The notes under the pieces were generated by a model. The model saw only the letters and a list, made by a program, of their open reading frames with translations. It did no database searches and was not told the origin of the DNA. DNA of 57,739 nucleotides, taken from Sphingomonas sp. (GTDB lineage Bacteria > Pseudomonadota > Alphaproteobacteria > Sphingomonadales > Sphingomonadaceae). The position numbers and the translations under genes are program-made. This document shows positions 29,822-37,947 of this stretch, piece after piece. Position 1 is the first letter of the stretch. Each line of letters begins with the position of its first letter. The DNA is taken from contig PNLG01000208.1 of NCBI GenBank assembly GCA_013822915.1, positions 1-57,739 of the forward strand. The letters run 5' to 3'.

Positions 29822-30468
29822 GCACCGACCCCCCGGTAACGAAGATTCGCGCGCGAGGCATCAAGCCAATCGTGCGCGCTGCCGCGCATCAAATGACCCG
29901 GAAGGTCGATCTCGAGCAGCGCGCAGGTCGAACGGATGAGCTCCTGCTGGTCCATGGTCATGCGCAACTGGCGCCACCTGCCGGTCAAGCGCATGTCTTC
30001 GTCGGCAGCGAGCCAGTCGTCATGCTCGGCGAAATAGCGGTCGGCACGTCGGCGCCAGGCTTGAAACTCGCCCTTGGCCGCCAGCTCTGCAGCGGCCATG
30101 TCGATTGCGCGCACCAGCACCGCACCGGCATCGCCGTCGGGCAATTGACGTGCTGCGTGTGTGAGGCGCTGAACCAGTTCGGCGACGCTTTCACCAAGCA
30201 GGCCATCGAGCCGCCAACTGTCGGCAGCGACAAGGCCACGGTTGCGCAGGACAAAGCCGAGCGCGATGGCACCGGCAACATCCTTGGGGTCGCGCTTGAC
30301 CAGCGTCGCCCCCGCCGTAAGCAGCGCCCGCCGACGAAGGGCGTTCGCCGTGTGCCGCGCGATCAGCGATGCGTACGACGCATCGGGCGCTATTGCCGCG
30401 GCATCGCCCGCCATATCGATCGCACCGCCTGCGGTGCTCGTCGTTCCTTCTTTATCATCCATGGCCAT
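29818..30468 (-). CDS. Hypothetical protein, possible relaxosome accessory (TraD/MobC position)
   Basis: AAAGGAG RBS; divergent from the relaxase across the candidate oriT; function inferred mainly from position. Confidence 0.6.
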   Translation of the reverse strand: MAMDDKEGTTSTAGGAIDMAGDAAAIAPDASYASLIARHTANALRRRALLTAGATLVKRDPKDVAGAIALGFVLRNRGLVAADSWRLDGLLGESVAELVQRLTHAARQLPDGDAGAVLVRAIDMAAAELAAKGEFQAWRRRADRYFAEHDDWLAADEDMRLTGRWRQLRMTMDQQELIRSTCALLEIDLPGHLMRGSAHDWLDASRANLRYRGVGA

Positions 30469-30704
30469 GATTCGGCTCCTTTCGAGAGCCTTCGATCAGA
30501 TTCGACCAAAAAGAATTAGAGGACCCCCCTTCTTTGAGGGTGGCGTGGAAAAGCGATAGTATTGAGGTCAGAGTCGGCAGGTGGTAGTATTCAGAAGATT
30601 GGGGGGTGTTGGCGAAATAAATCTTTCAGCTTCTCTGAAAGAATCGCGTCGTCTTCCACGACTTGATTTTACACCCCCCTTTCTTCAATTGCGAGATCGG
30701 ACCA
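30469..30704. other. Candidate oriT / divergent promoter region with nested inverted repeats
   Basis: Outer inverted repeat 30594-30609/30671-30686 (14/16) and inner TCTTTCAG/CTGAAAGA hairpin; immediately upstream of the relaxase. Confidence 0.55.
30516..30531. repeat. 16-bp direct repeat TTAGAGGACCCCCCTT, copy 2
   Basis: Exact copy at 27108-27123. Confidence 0.85.
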
Positions 30705-33248
30705 GTGCAGTTTCAAATTTGCAACTCTGGCGAAGTCTGGGTTTCGGTTACTCCTGCTGAGGCTCACCGTATTGCGCGAAAGCGAACCGGTGCGCTTGCC
30801 GCAATTGTTCGGCAGCAGCGTAAGGATTTAAAGCAGGAGTCGCGCGAATATCGTCGCGCCGAGCGGGAGCTGCAAAACGATATACGGGAGGCAGACCGGT
30901 GCAACCGCGCGTTCTGGAAACGCATCCGCATCAAGCCGGAACTTCGTTCGATGACCGCCATCGAACGCAAGCCAGAGACGCACAAGCCAACGAAGACCGG
31001 CTGGCTCGCCGGTGGGTCGCTGATGCCTCGCTATTCCGGACAGATATTCGACCGAATGGGTCGCGCGGGCATCTTCTTTCGTGTGAGGTATTACGGACGC
31101 TCGACCAAGGTCGGCGTCGGCCGCCGATCGACACTCTATGTTTGGCAGGGCGCGCATCAGATGGACGACGGGCGCATTCTGTTTGCGTCCAATGTCGGCG
31201 AGACAGCCGAGGAAGCGATCGCCGCGCTTGAAGCCGTCGAACTGTTCAACCGCGAGGCCCAAACAGGCGCCAAGCTGCTGTTCCATGCCATTGCTACCGT
31301 GCCATACCAACTCGTCGAGATGGACGGCGGTATCGATCGCATGTTCGAAATCGGGCAGCGCTTCGCTGAGGAACAGTTTGGCAGCCGCGACCTGCCATTC
31401 GCGCTTGCGCTGCATCCGCCATCGGAAGAAGGCGACCAGCGCAACTGGCATATTCACCTGATTTTCTCGAGCCGCCCACTTGTCCTCACTGGCGACCATG
31501 AGTGGGACATCGGCCGCATGATGCGCCGCGAGATCGACAATCCGGAAGCGTTCGAAGAGATGCGACACCTCTATGCACGCATTCAGACCGAGGTCGTGCA
31601 GGAAGCTGGTCTCAATATCACCTACACCGCGCTTTCCAACGTCGAGCGCGGACTGCCTAATGCGCCCCAGAAGCATCTGGGGTCGGCCCGGACTGCGCGG
31701 GTGCGACGCGGCGAGGAGGACCAGGTCAACGAAAGCAACTGGGAGAAGATGCTGGCGGGCGAAGCCGCGCTGCTTGATGAACAGCTTCGCCATGGCCAGG
31801 AGCGGGCCGCCGCCGAACAGGCGCTGCTCGACAGCGTGCAGGAACGCGTGGCGGGGTTGATCGCGAGCGTGACGAATCGGCCCAGCCTCGCGATCCCGGC
31901 TCTTGCCGATCATGCCGAGCCGATCGCCAATCTGTCGCTCAGCGCTGCCACCCTTGGTGTCGATAAACCTGCCGATGCGCCGGCGCTGGTGGTGCCGGTT
32001 GCAAATTTGCAACCAGGCGACCGTGGGATCGCCGACGTCGCATCGCTGGCTTACCTGCCACCGTCCGAACACGACCGCGCACCCGGCACTTTGATCTCCG
32101 GTTCTGCCGTGCGCAGCATGGCGCGGCCGATCGACGTGCCGCGCGCGGTGGCGGGAATTGTCGACCGCGTGGTTGCCCTAGCAAGCGTGCCGAGCCTGCC
32201 GACCGCATTTGATACGAATTATCGAATCGCGGCTGTGCCGGTGACGTCCGCCGAGGGCGCACGCGCGGTCTTGCCGTCGCTTCCGCTCGGCAACATCAGC
32301 GCAATCGTGGGCCAGGCAGGGGCGGCGATCCGCAAGCCGCCGTCGATTGTCGAGATGGGAGCCGCCACCGATGGGATTGGCCTTTCGCTCGGCATTGGCG
32401 ACGGCCCGGCGCCGCGTCCACTCGATCTGCCGAAAGAGGCGGCGGCGCTCGCCAGCAGTATCATCGATCGCGACCTCGACGACCTTGACCGGCTATTCGC
32501 TGCCCGCCGTGACAGGATCGCCATCGACCGCGCCAAGGCCAAGCGGGCGGAAATGGAACAGGCGCAACAGCGTGAACGTGAGGATACCGAACGGCAGGAG
32601 CGCGAAACCGAACAGGCGCTGTTGCGCCAATCCGAGCAAGCCGCGCTCGATGCGATGCTGGCCACGATCGAGGCAGAGCGCATCCTGATCACGTTCGAAG
32701 ACGATGCGTGCGTTGTCGACGATGCAGTCCGCAAACGGTTCGGAGTTACGCCTGCACGTATTGCCGCAGCGATGACGCAGGAACGATTGGACGCCATTGC
32801 CGATCGCCAGCGTGCCGAGATCGAGCCGATGACGGTCTACGCTGCGGCAAACGGCGATCATATCGTGCACGGGGATCGCGGGTGGACGCTGTCGCTGGAC
32901 GCCCCGGATCATCTTCGTCGCGTTGCCGATGCCTGGGTGCACGAACCGATTCTACAACGTGCGTTCTCAGAAGCCATTGCGATTCATCGCGAGGCGCATG
33001 CGAAGGCACAGCTGACGCGTCGGACGGAGCAGTCCGGCACGATTGCTCTCCGACCAAGCCGACGAGAATTGCTTATCTTGGCGGCGCACCAGCGTGAGGC
33101 GATGACGGAGCGTTGGCGGCAGAAGCGGCGGTTCGACCAAGAACAGGACACGCGTGGCCACGATGCCGAAATCGGCGCGCTGCGCCCCTCGTCGCCAGTC
33201 CCAAGCCAGCCGCTACCAGCGCCTCTTGACCCGGGTCAGGATCGCTGA
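30705..33248 (+). CDS. MobA/MobL (MOBQ-like) relaxase with long C-terminal extension
   Basis: ALALHPP...DQRNWHIHLIFSSRP HUH motif and S...RGL...PQKHLG; start uncertain (30663-30951). Confidence 0.85.
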   Translation: MQFQICNSGEVWVSVTPAEAHRIARKRTGALAAIVRQQRKDLKQESREYRRAERELQNDIREADRCNRAFWKRIRIKPELRSMTAIERKPETHKPTKTGWLAGGSLMPRYSGQIFDRMGRAGIFFRVRYYGRSTKVGVGRRSTLYVWQGAHQMDDGRILFASNVGETAEEAIAALEAVELFNREAQTGAKLLFHAIATVPYQLVEMDGGIDRMFEIGQRFAEEQFGSRDLPFALALHPPSEEGDQRNWHIHLIFSSRPLVLTGDHEWDIGRMMRREIDNPEAFEEMRHLYARIQTEVVQEAGLNITYTALSNVERGLPNAPQKHLGSARTARVRRGEEDQVNESNWEKMLAGEAALLDEQLRHGQERAAAEQALLDSVQERVAGLIASVTNRPSLAIPALADHAEPIANLSLSAATLGVDKPADAPALVVPVANLQPGDRGIADVASLAYLPPSEHDRAPGTLISGSAVRSMARPIDVPRAVAGIVDRVVALASVPSLPTAFDTNYRIAAVPVTSAEGARAVLPSLPLGNISAIVGQAGAAIRKPPSIVEMGAATDGIGLSLGIGDGPAPRPLDLPKEAAALASSIIDRDLDDLDRLFAARRDRIAIDRAKAKRAEMEQAQQREREDTERQERETEQALLRQSEQAALDAMLATIEAERILITFEDDACVVDDAVRKRFGVTPARIAAAMTQERLDAIADRQRAEIEPMTVYAAANGDHIVHGDRGWTLSLDAPDHLRRVADAWVHEPILQRAFSEAIAIHREAHAKAQLTRRTEQSGTIALRPSRRELLILAAHQREAMTERWRQKRRFDQEQDTRGHDAEIGALRPSSPVPSQPLPAPLDPGQDR

Positions 33249-33541
33249 GGCCGAGCCTTCGGTAGCATCTTCGCGACTTCCTGCTCGCGCGCGTCGCAGA
33301 ACTCAACCGGCTGTTCGCCAGACCCCCAGGTCTTTTCATGCATCGCCGAGCAGAAGCAGAAGATCCGATCGGAACCCTTCCAATACCAGATCGCGGCCGG
33401 GCAATCGCGGCACGCTACTTCGTCGCCCGGCCCCGGCTCGCCGATGCTGTCCCCGCCCACATGCTCAAGGGTTGGACTGGAATGCGGGCTCTTCAGACGG
33501 CCGTTTTCCATAAAATCATCATCATCGGTGAATTCCTGCAT
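33236..33541 (-). CDS. traH: IncP TraH-like small Cys-rich relaxosome protein
   Basis: Acidic N-terminus, SPTL, CxxCP-xx-IW, CxCxxM-xxx-TW and CD pattern, matching RP4 TraH as recalled. Confidence 0.65.
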   Translation of the reverse strand: MQEFTDDDDFMENGRLKSPHSSPTLEHVGGDSIGEPGPGDEVACRDCPAAIWYWKGSDRIFCFCSAMHEKTWGSGEQPVEFCDAREQEVAKMLPKARPQRS

Positions 33542-33748
33542 CGATACATGATGCACCATGCAAGCTTAACATCAGGTTGGCATCCATGGGCAGATCCCAC
33601 CCGCTTGTAAGTAGCGTGGAAAAGGCCCGCTGGCTGCGGTGCTGATGATCAGAGTGATTGAGCGGAAAAGGGGCTTGGCGCACCGGACCGTCCAGGCGGC
33701 CTGATTGCATTTGCGGGCACCAGCCCGCTCTCATGATAAGGTGATCCT

Positions 33749-34564
33749 ATGCGCACATCCATGCGGCCACCGAGCCGCGCGTCCGCCGCAGGCTCGGTCC
33801 TGGCCTATGACATTGAAACCATCGCCCCGCAGACCGAGGATGGATCATTCCCGCCCTGGCCGCTTCACAAGCCGATCGCGATCGGCTTTGCAGCCGCACA
33901 ATGTCGCAATGGCGTCTGGGCCTTCGATATCGAGGCGCTGATCGCCACTGGCGATACTGAAGAAGCTGATCTGATCCGCGCGGCGGACCGGAAAATGGCG
34001 GCAGCGGATATCGTGACGGGCTATAACTCGGCCCAGTTCGATGCCCTGGTTCTACGGCTTGCGGCTCAGCGATGCAGGTTGTTCGACTTGAAGGCGCTCG
34101 CCGACCACGCTGCGGCCCATCGCTATGGCGGCAATCACCATGATCTGGCAGATCTATATGCCAGCTATGGCCGCAAGGTTTCGCTCGCGGCCATCGCCGA
34201 TCAGATCGGCATTCCCGTCAAAACGGACGTGTCGGGCGGAGACGTGGCCGCACTGTGGGCAGCGGGCGAGCACGAACGCATCCGCCGATATGTCATGGAA
34301 GATGCCGTGGCGACGCTATGCTTGTATCTGGCCTGGCAGGCCGCGCGATCCGCCGACGAAGCCGCGATCACCCGTCCCATGGCTGCACTCGCGCAGCACA
34401 TTGAGGCGACGCCTGGCCTTCAGCACTTGCGGACCTTTGTCGACTGCTCGCTGATGCGATGGTGCCGCCCACGCGCGCTGAAGGCTGAGATCGCCGCAGC
34501 GCTGAAGCGCGTCACGGCCCGGCTACGCCAGGAAGAGGATGAGCGCGCCTTCATGGCCCCCTGA
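33749..34564 (+). CDS. PolB-related DEDDy 3'-5' exonuclease (intact motifs)
   Basis: ExoI YDIET, ExoII GYNSAQFD, HDLAD and ExoIII YVMED. Confidence 0.85.
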   Translation: MRTSMRPPSRASAAGSVLAYDIETIAPQTEDGSFPPWPLHKPIAIGFAAAQCRNGVWAFDIEALIATGDTEEADLIRAADRKMAAADIVTGYNSAQFDALVLRLAAQRCRLFDLKALADHAAAHRYGGNHHDLADLYASYGRKVSLAAIADQIGIPVKTDVSGGDVAALWAAGEHERIRRYVMEDAVATLCLYLAWQAARSADEAAITRPMAALAQHIEATPGLQHLRTFVDCSLMRWCRPRALKAEIAAALKRVTARLRQEEDERAFMAP

Positions 34565-34643
34565 TCCTCGGGTCCATCATTAACGCCCAGTCGGCCCGGT
34601 CATCCTCGTGATGGCCGGGCCGCATTCATTTGGAGGAACTTCC

Positions 34644-35258
34644 ATGACCACCGATACCATCGTTCTCGCCACATCCTGGATCCAACAGTCCGCTTGGGGC
34701 GAATGCCCGGCACGCACCTTGCTGGTCGGCGCCGCGACCCTGACCTGTCGCTATCGCTTCGGCAGCGTCGGATTCGATCTGGGGGCGCACAGCACCACCG
34801 TCACCGACAATCCGGTCGAGACAATTTCATGGCTGGCCGACGCCTTCCACATTCCGCCCGCGCGACTGCTGCTGTGGCGTGCTGAGAACATTGTGGTGCC
34901 GTCGCTGATCGCCGCCGCCGAGACGGCGCGCGACGCCCTTGCCGCCGCGAAAATGTTGCGCGAGCTGGACCTCGCCTTCACCGGTGAGGTGATCGATGTC
35001 GCCGAGACCTATGGAGGCTCCAGCGCCAAATCCTTCGATGCGGTAGCGCACTGGGCGGACGTCCCATTCGTGCCAATGACGCGGGCCGATCTCGAAGAAG
35101 CCCACCGCACCGGCTGTCATGGTGCAATCCGCGAGCACCTTGCCGCCCGCGTGAAGGCAACCTGGCAATTGTGGCTCGCCAGTCGAAAGGACGCCGAATC
35201 TCTGGTCGGCGCGACCGAGGCCTGGCTGGCAACATCGGATTCGCAGGTGACGCTGTGA
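34644..35258 (+). CDS. Catalytically degenerate paralog of the PolB-type exonuclease
   Basis: IDVAETYG, SFDAVAHWADVP and IREHLAARVKATWQLWL align with the preceding exonuclease, but the DEDD acids are missing; GGAGG RBS. Confidence 0.6.
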   Translation: MTTDTIVLATSWIQQSAWGECPARTLLVGAATLTCRYRFGSVGFDLGAHSTTVTDNPVETISWLADAFHIPPARLLLWRAENIVVPSLIAAAETARDALAAAKMLRELDLAFTGEVIDVAETYGGSSAKSFDAVAHWADVPFVPMTRADLEEAHRTGCHGAIREHLAARVKATWQLWLASRKDAESLVGATEAWLATSDSQVTL

Positions 35259-36190
35259 TCGTCGTCGATGGCAAAGCCTATGTCCGCCCGTGCCGGTCAA
35301 TTGCAAAGGATGGGTTCGAGCAGAATGACTATGTTGCATCGATTTCTGAACTCTACGAACCTTTGACTACCCTTATGCCGCTCACTGGCAGCTCGATGCT
35401 GGCAAAACGTCGCCCCAGCGAAGAAACACGGCTTGCAGAAGCGCTCCGCGCCCAAGCGCCGTGGATGTCGTCGGCGATCGATCTGATTGCCGACCAGACC
35501 GCGTTTAGCGCCTGGTCAGGGCAGCCATGGCTGGCGCTGCGACCGATGCTGTTGGTCGGTCCGCCTGGTGGGGGAAAGACGCACTTTGCCCGGCTCGTTG
35601 GCGAACTGTCAGGCGCGGGCAATGCCGTTCTGTCGTTCGCCGGGATCAATTCGAACGCCGAGCTGGCAGGCAATCCACGCGGCTTCCGCAACCCGCTTCC
35701 CTGCTTCCCGGCGTGCGTGATGCAGCGGACGATGACCGCCAACCCCGTCGTCGTCATCGACGAAGTCGAGAAGACCAGCATCAGCAATATCGGCGATCCC
35801 GTCGCCACGCTGTTGACCTTGCTCGAACGCTCCAGCGCGGCCCGGTATTTTGACGGCTGCCTAGCCGCCGAAATCGACCTGTCGCACGTCAACTGGATGT
35901 TGACCGCGAACAGTGCCGCACGGCTGCCGACCCCGTTGCTTTCGCGGGTGCAGGTGGTCGAGGTGCGGGGTCCAGGTCCGGAGCATGCCGAACTGGTCTT
36001 GGCAATGCTCTGGCGCGACGTCGCCCGCGACGCAGGGCTGCCACCAGCCGCGCTGCCCCGGCTCGAGGCGGCAGCGGAGACCATGCTGCTGCGCCTTTTC
36101 CGGAACACCCGCTCGGTTCGCCGCCTGCGTCGCGCGATCGAGGCGTTGGTTGCCGTGTCGGCACGACACGCCCCCCGCGCGCTCAACTGA
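35255..36190 (+). CDS. Lon-like AAA+ ATPase without a protease domain
   Basis: LLVGPPGGGKT, NPVVVIDEVEK, IDLSHVNWMLTAN and PLLSR; GTGA overlap with the upstream gene. Confidence 0.85.
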   Translation: MIVVDGKAYVRPCRSIAKDGFEQNDYVASISELYEPLTTLMPLTGSSMLAKRRPSEETRLAEALRAQAPWMSSAIDLIADQTAFSAWSGQPWLALRPMLLVGPPGGGKTHFARLVGELSGAGNAVLSFAGINSNAELAGNPRGFRNPLPCFPACVMQRTMTANPVVVIDEVEKTSISNIGDPVATLLTLLERSSAARYFDGCLAAEIDLSHVNWMLTANSAARLPTPLLSRVQVVEVRGPGPEHAELVLAMLWRDVARDAGLPPAALPRLEAAAETMLLRLFRNTRSVRRLRRAIEALVAVSARHAPRALN

Positions 36191-36282
36191 AGGCAAGTCC
36201 CTTCGTGAAGTCACGGTTGGGCACCGTGGAAGAATGAAAAAATGGTTCCGGCCCGCAGACCGACAACAAAAGGAAATGATAG

Positions 36283-36822
36283 ATGAAAATGATGCCTCAC
36301 CATCAGAACACCATGCTCGCGGTTCGGCGGGAAATGGGCTGGCCAGGGTTCAAGCCGGCGAATGACTGCATCGGCTTCTGTTCCGGTCGTCCCATGGATT
36401 TCGAGGTCGGCATGGAAATCGCGCGTGTCGCGCAGATGATGGGCAAGGATGTCATCTATTCGGGCTGGGCCAGCACAGAGGCGACCGAGCCAACCGGCTT
36501 CACGGTCGCATATCGGGAAATGCTCAACATCGACATCGTCGACAACCTCGTTCCTTACGCCGCAAACGACGATGCGCCGCTCCTGCTTGTTAGCACCCTC
36601 GCGGACGAGTTTTTTGCCATTGATGGGCGCGGCAGCCTCGTCCGCATGCCCGGCAAGACGAAGGACATCCACAAGGGGCGCAAACTTGCGGTGAAGCGGA
36701 TCAAGGCGCGGGCCGCCGCGATGGATAACTCGCTGCTGGCGAACAACCGGTTCGTGCCGACCGGGCAGGACTGGATCGAGCCAGACCGCGCCCAAATCGA
36801 AACCGTCGTTCGCTTCGCCTGA
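36283..36822 (+). CDS. Hypothetical protein
   Basis: AAGGA RBS, gene-like codon usage, co-oriented within the cluster. Confidence 0.75.
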   Translation: MKMMPHHQNTMLAVRREMGWPGFKPANDCIGFCSGRPMDFEVGMEIARVAQMMGKDVIYSGWASTEATEPTGFTVAYREMLNIDIVDNLVPYAANDDAPLLLVSTLADEFFAIDGRGSLVRMPGKTKDIHKGRKLAVKRIKARAAAMDNSLLANNRFVPTGQDWIEPDRAQIETVVRFA

Positions 36823-36875
36823 CCCACCACGGCGGGCGCCATCCGGTGCCCGCCGATTCCTATTCGGAGACCATC

Positions 36876-37757
36876 ATGAACATCGACAACATCACCACGC
36901 CGCTTGCCCCGCGGTGCTGGATCGTGCTCGATATCGAATCCGCCGTGCTCGATGACACCGCCCACAAGCGCTATCAGCAAATGGAACGCTGGGTGCCGTC
37001 CGACGACCAACCGATACGCCGCAACTATTTGCGCTCTGAAGACCCGCTGAGCTGCCCGCGATGGATTTTTCAGACCGTGACCAGCGCGTCGGCCATGGTG
37101 CTTATCGAGCATATCGACGGTGGTGCTGACGTGCTCGCCTTCGAAACCTTCAGCGCGCCTGATTTGGATGAAAGAGGCGTGGTGGCAGGCCTGCTCAAGT
37201 TGCTTGGGGATGCACCACCGAACGCCGAACTCGCCTCATACGCGGGGTCCGCACACGACATTCCGATGCTCGTGTTGGCCGCTTGCCGCCTTGGACTGAC
37301 CATACCGCCGCGTTGGCGGTGGATGGCGTATAACTGCGGGGATCCCAAACGGCATTTCGATTTTGCGCGGCACGTGACCGGCGGCCTGCGGATGAACCTC
37401 GTCCACATGGCCGAGATCGCTGCCGCCCTAGATATCCCGGCCAAGATCAGCGTGCCAGCGGCGGCGGTGGCAAAGTTGATCAAGGCTGGTCGTTGGGGCG
37501 ATGTCGTGGAAGCCGTCGAGGGCGACGTCATCACATTGGCGCTGCTTCTCGCCCGTTGGCGGAAGCTGAGCGATATAGATGCCGACCCGGTGATTGTGGA
37601 GGATCGTATCCTGCGCCGAATCATCGAACTACGGCCCGGCCGCGGATATGTTGCGGCCCTGGAAATGCACCGCCATCGACGCTTCTCTGCGCAATATGCC
37701 ACCGCAGCCAACGACGCCAAAACGCTGGCACCATGGCTTGATCAGGACGCAGCTTGA
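36876..37757 (+). CDS. Another PolB-related 3'-5' exonuclease paralog (partly divergent active site)
   Basis: LDIES; SYAGSAHDIP; ExoIII AVEGDV lacks the Tyr; GGAGA RBS. Confidence 0.75.
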   Translation: MNIDNITTPLAPRCWIVLDIESAVLDDTAHKRYQQMERWVPSDDQPIRRNYLRSEDPLSCPRWIFQTVTSASAMVLIEHIDGGADVLAFETFSAPDLDERGVVAGLLKLLGDAPPNAELASYAGSAHDIPMLVLAACRLGLTIPPRWRWMAYNCGDPKRHFDFARHVTGGLRMNLVHMAEIAAALDIPAKISVPAAAVAKLIKAGRWGDVVEAVEGDVITLALLLARWRKLSDIDADPVIVEDRILRRIIELRPGRGYVAALEMHRHRRFSAQYATAANDAKTLAPWLDQDAA

Positions 37758-37947
37758 TCTTCAGCGTTGGTCACTTTGCGGCTGGCCTCGCGACTTTGCG
37801 TCGCTGGCCCCTCATTCGCGCAACAATCTGGCTGCGCGACCCACGCATAGACTGGCGCCTTACTTGTTGAAAACAGATGTCCTGTGAGTCTCGACATTGC
37901 CGCGCGATCACAATCGGCTATGCGTTTCTCTGGGGAGATTGACGCAC

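Noticed and set aside
33713-33728. GGGCACCA att-core-like match inside a small hairpin (similar TGGGCACC near 36218)
   Set aside because: Only 8 bp in GC-rich DNA, with no flanking tRNA similarity; expected by chance.
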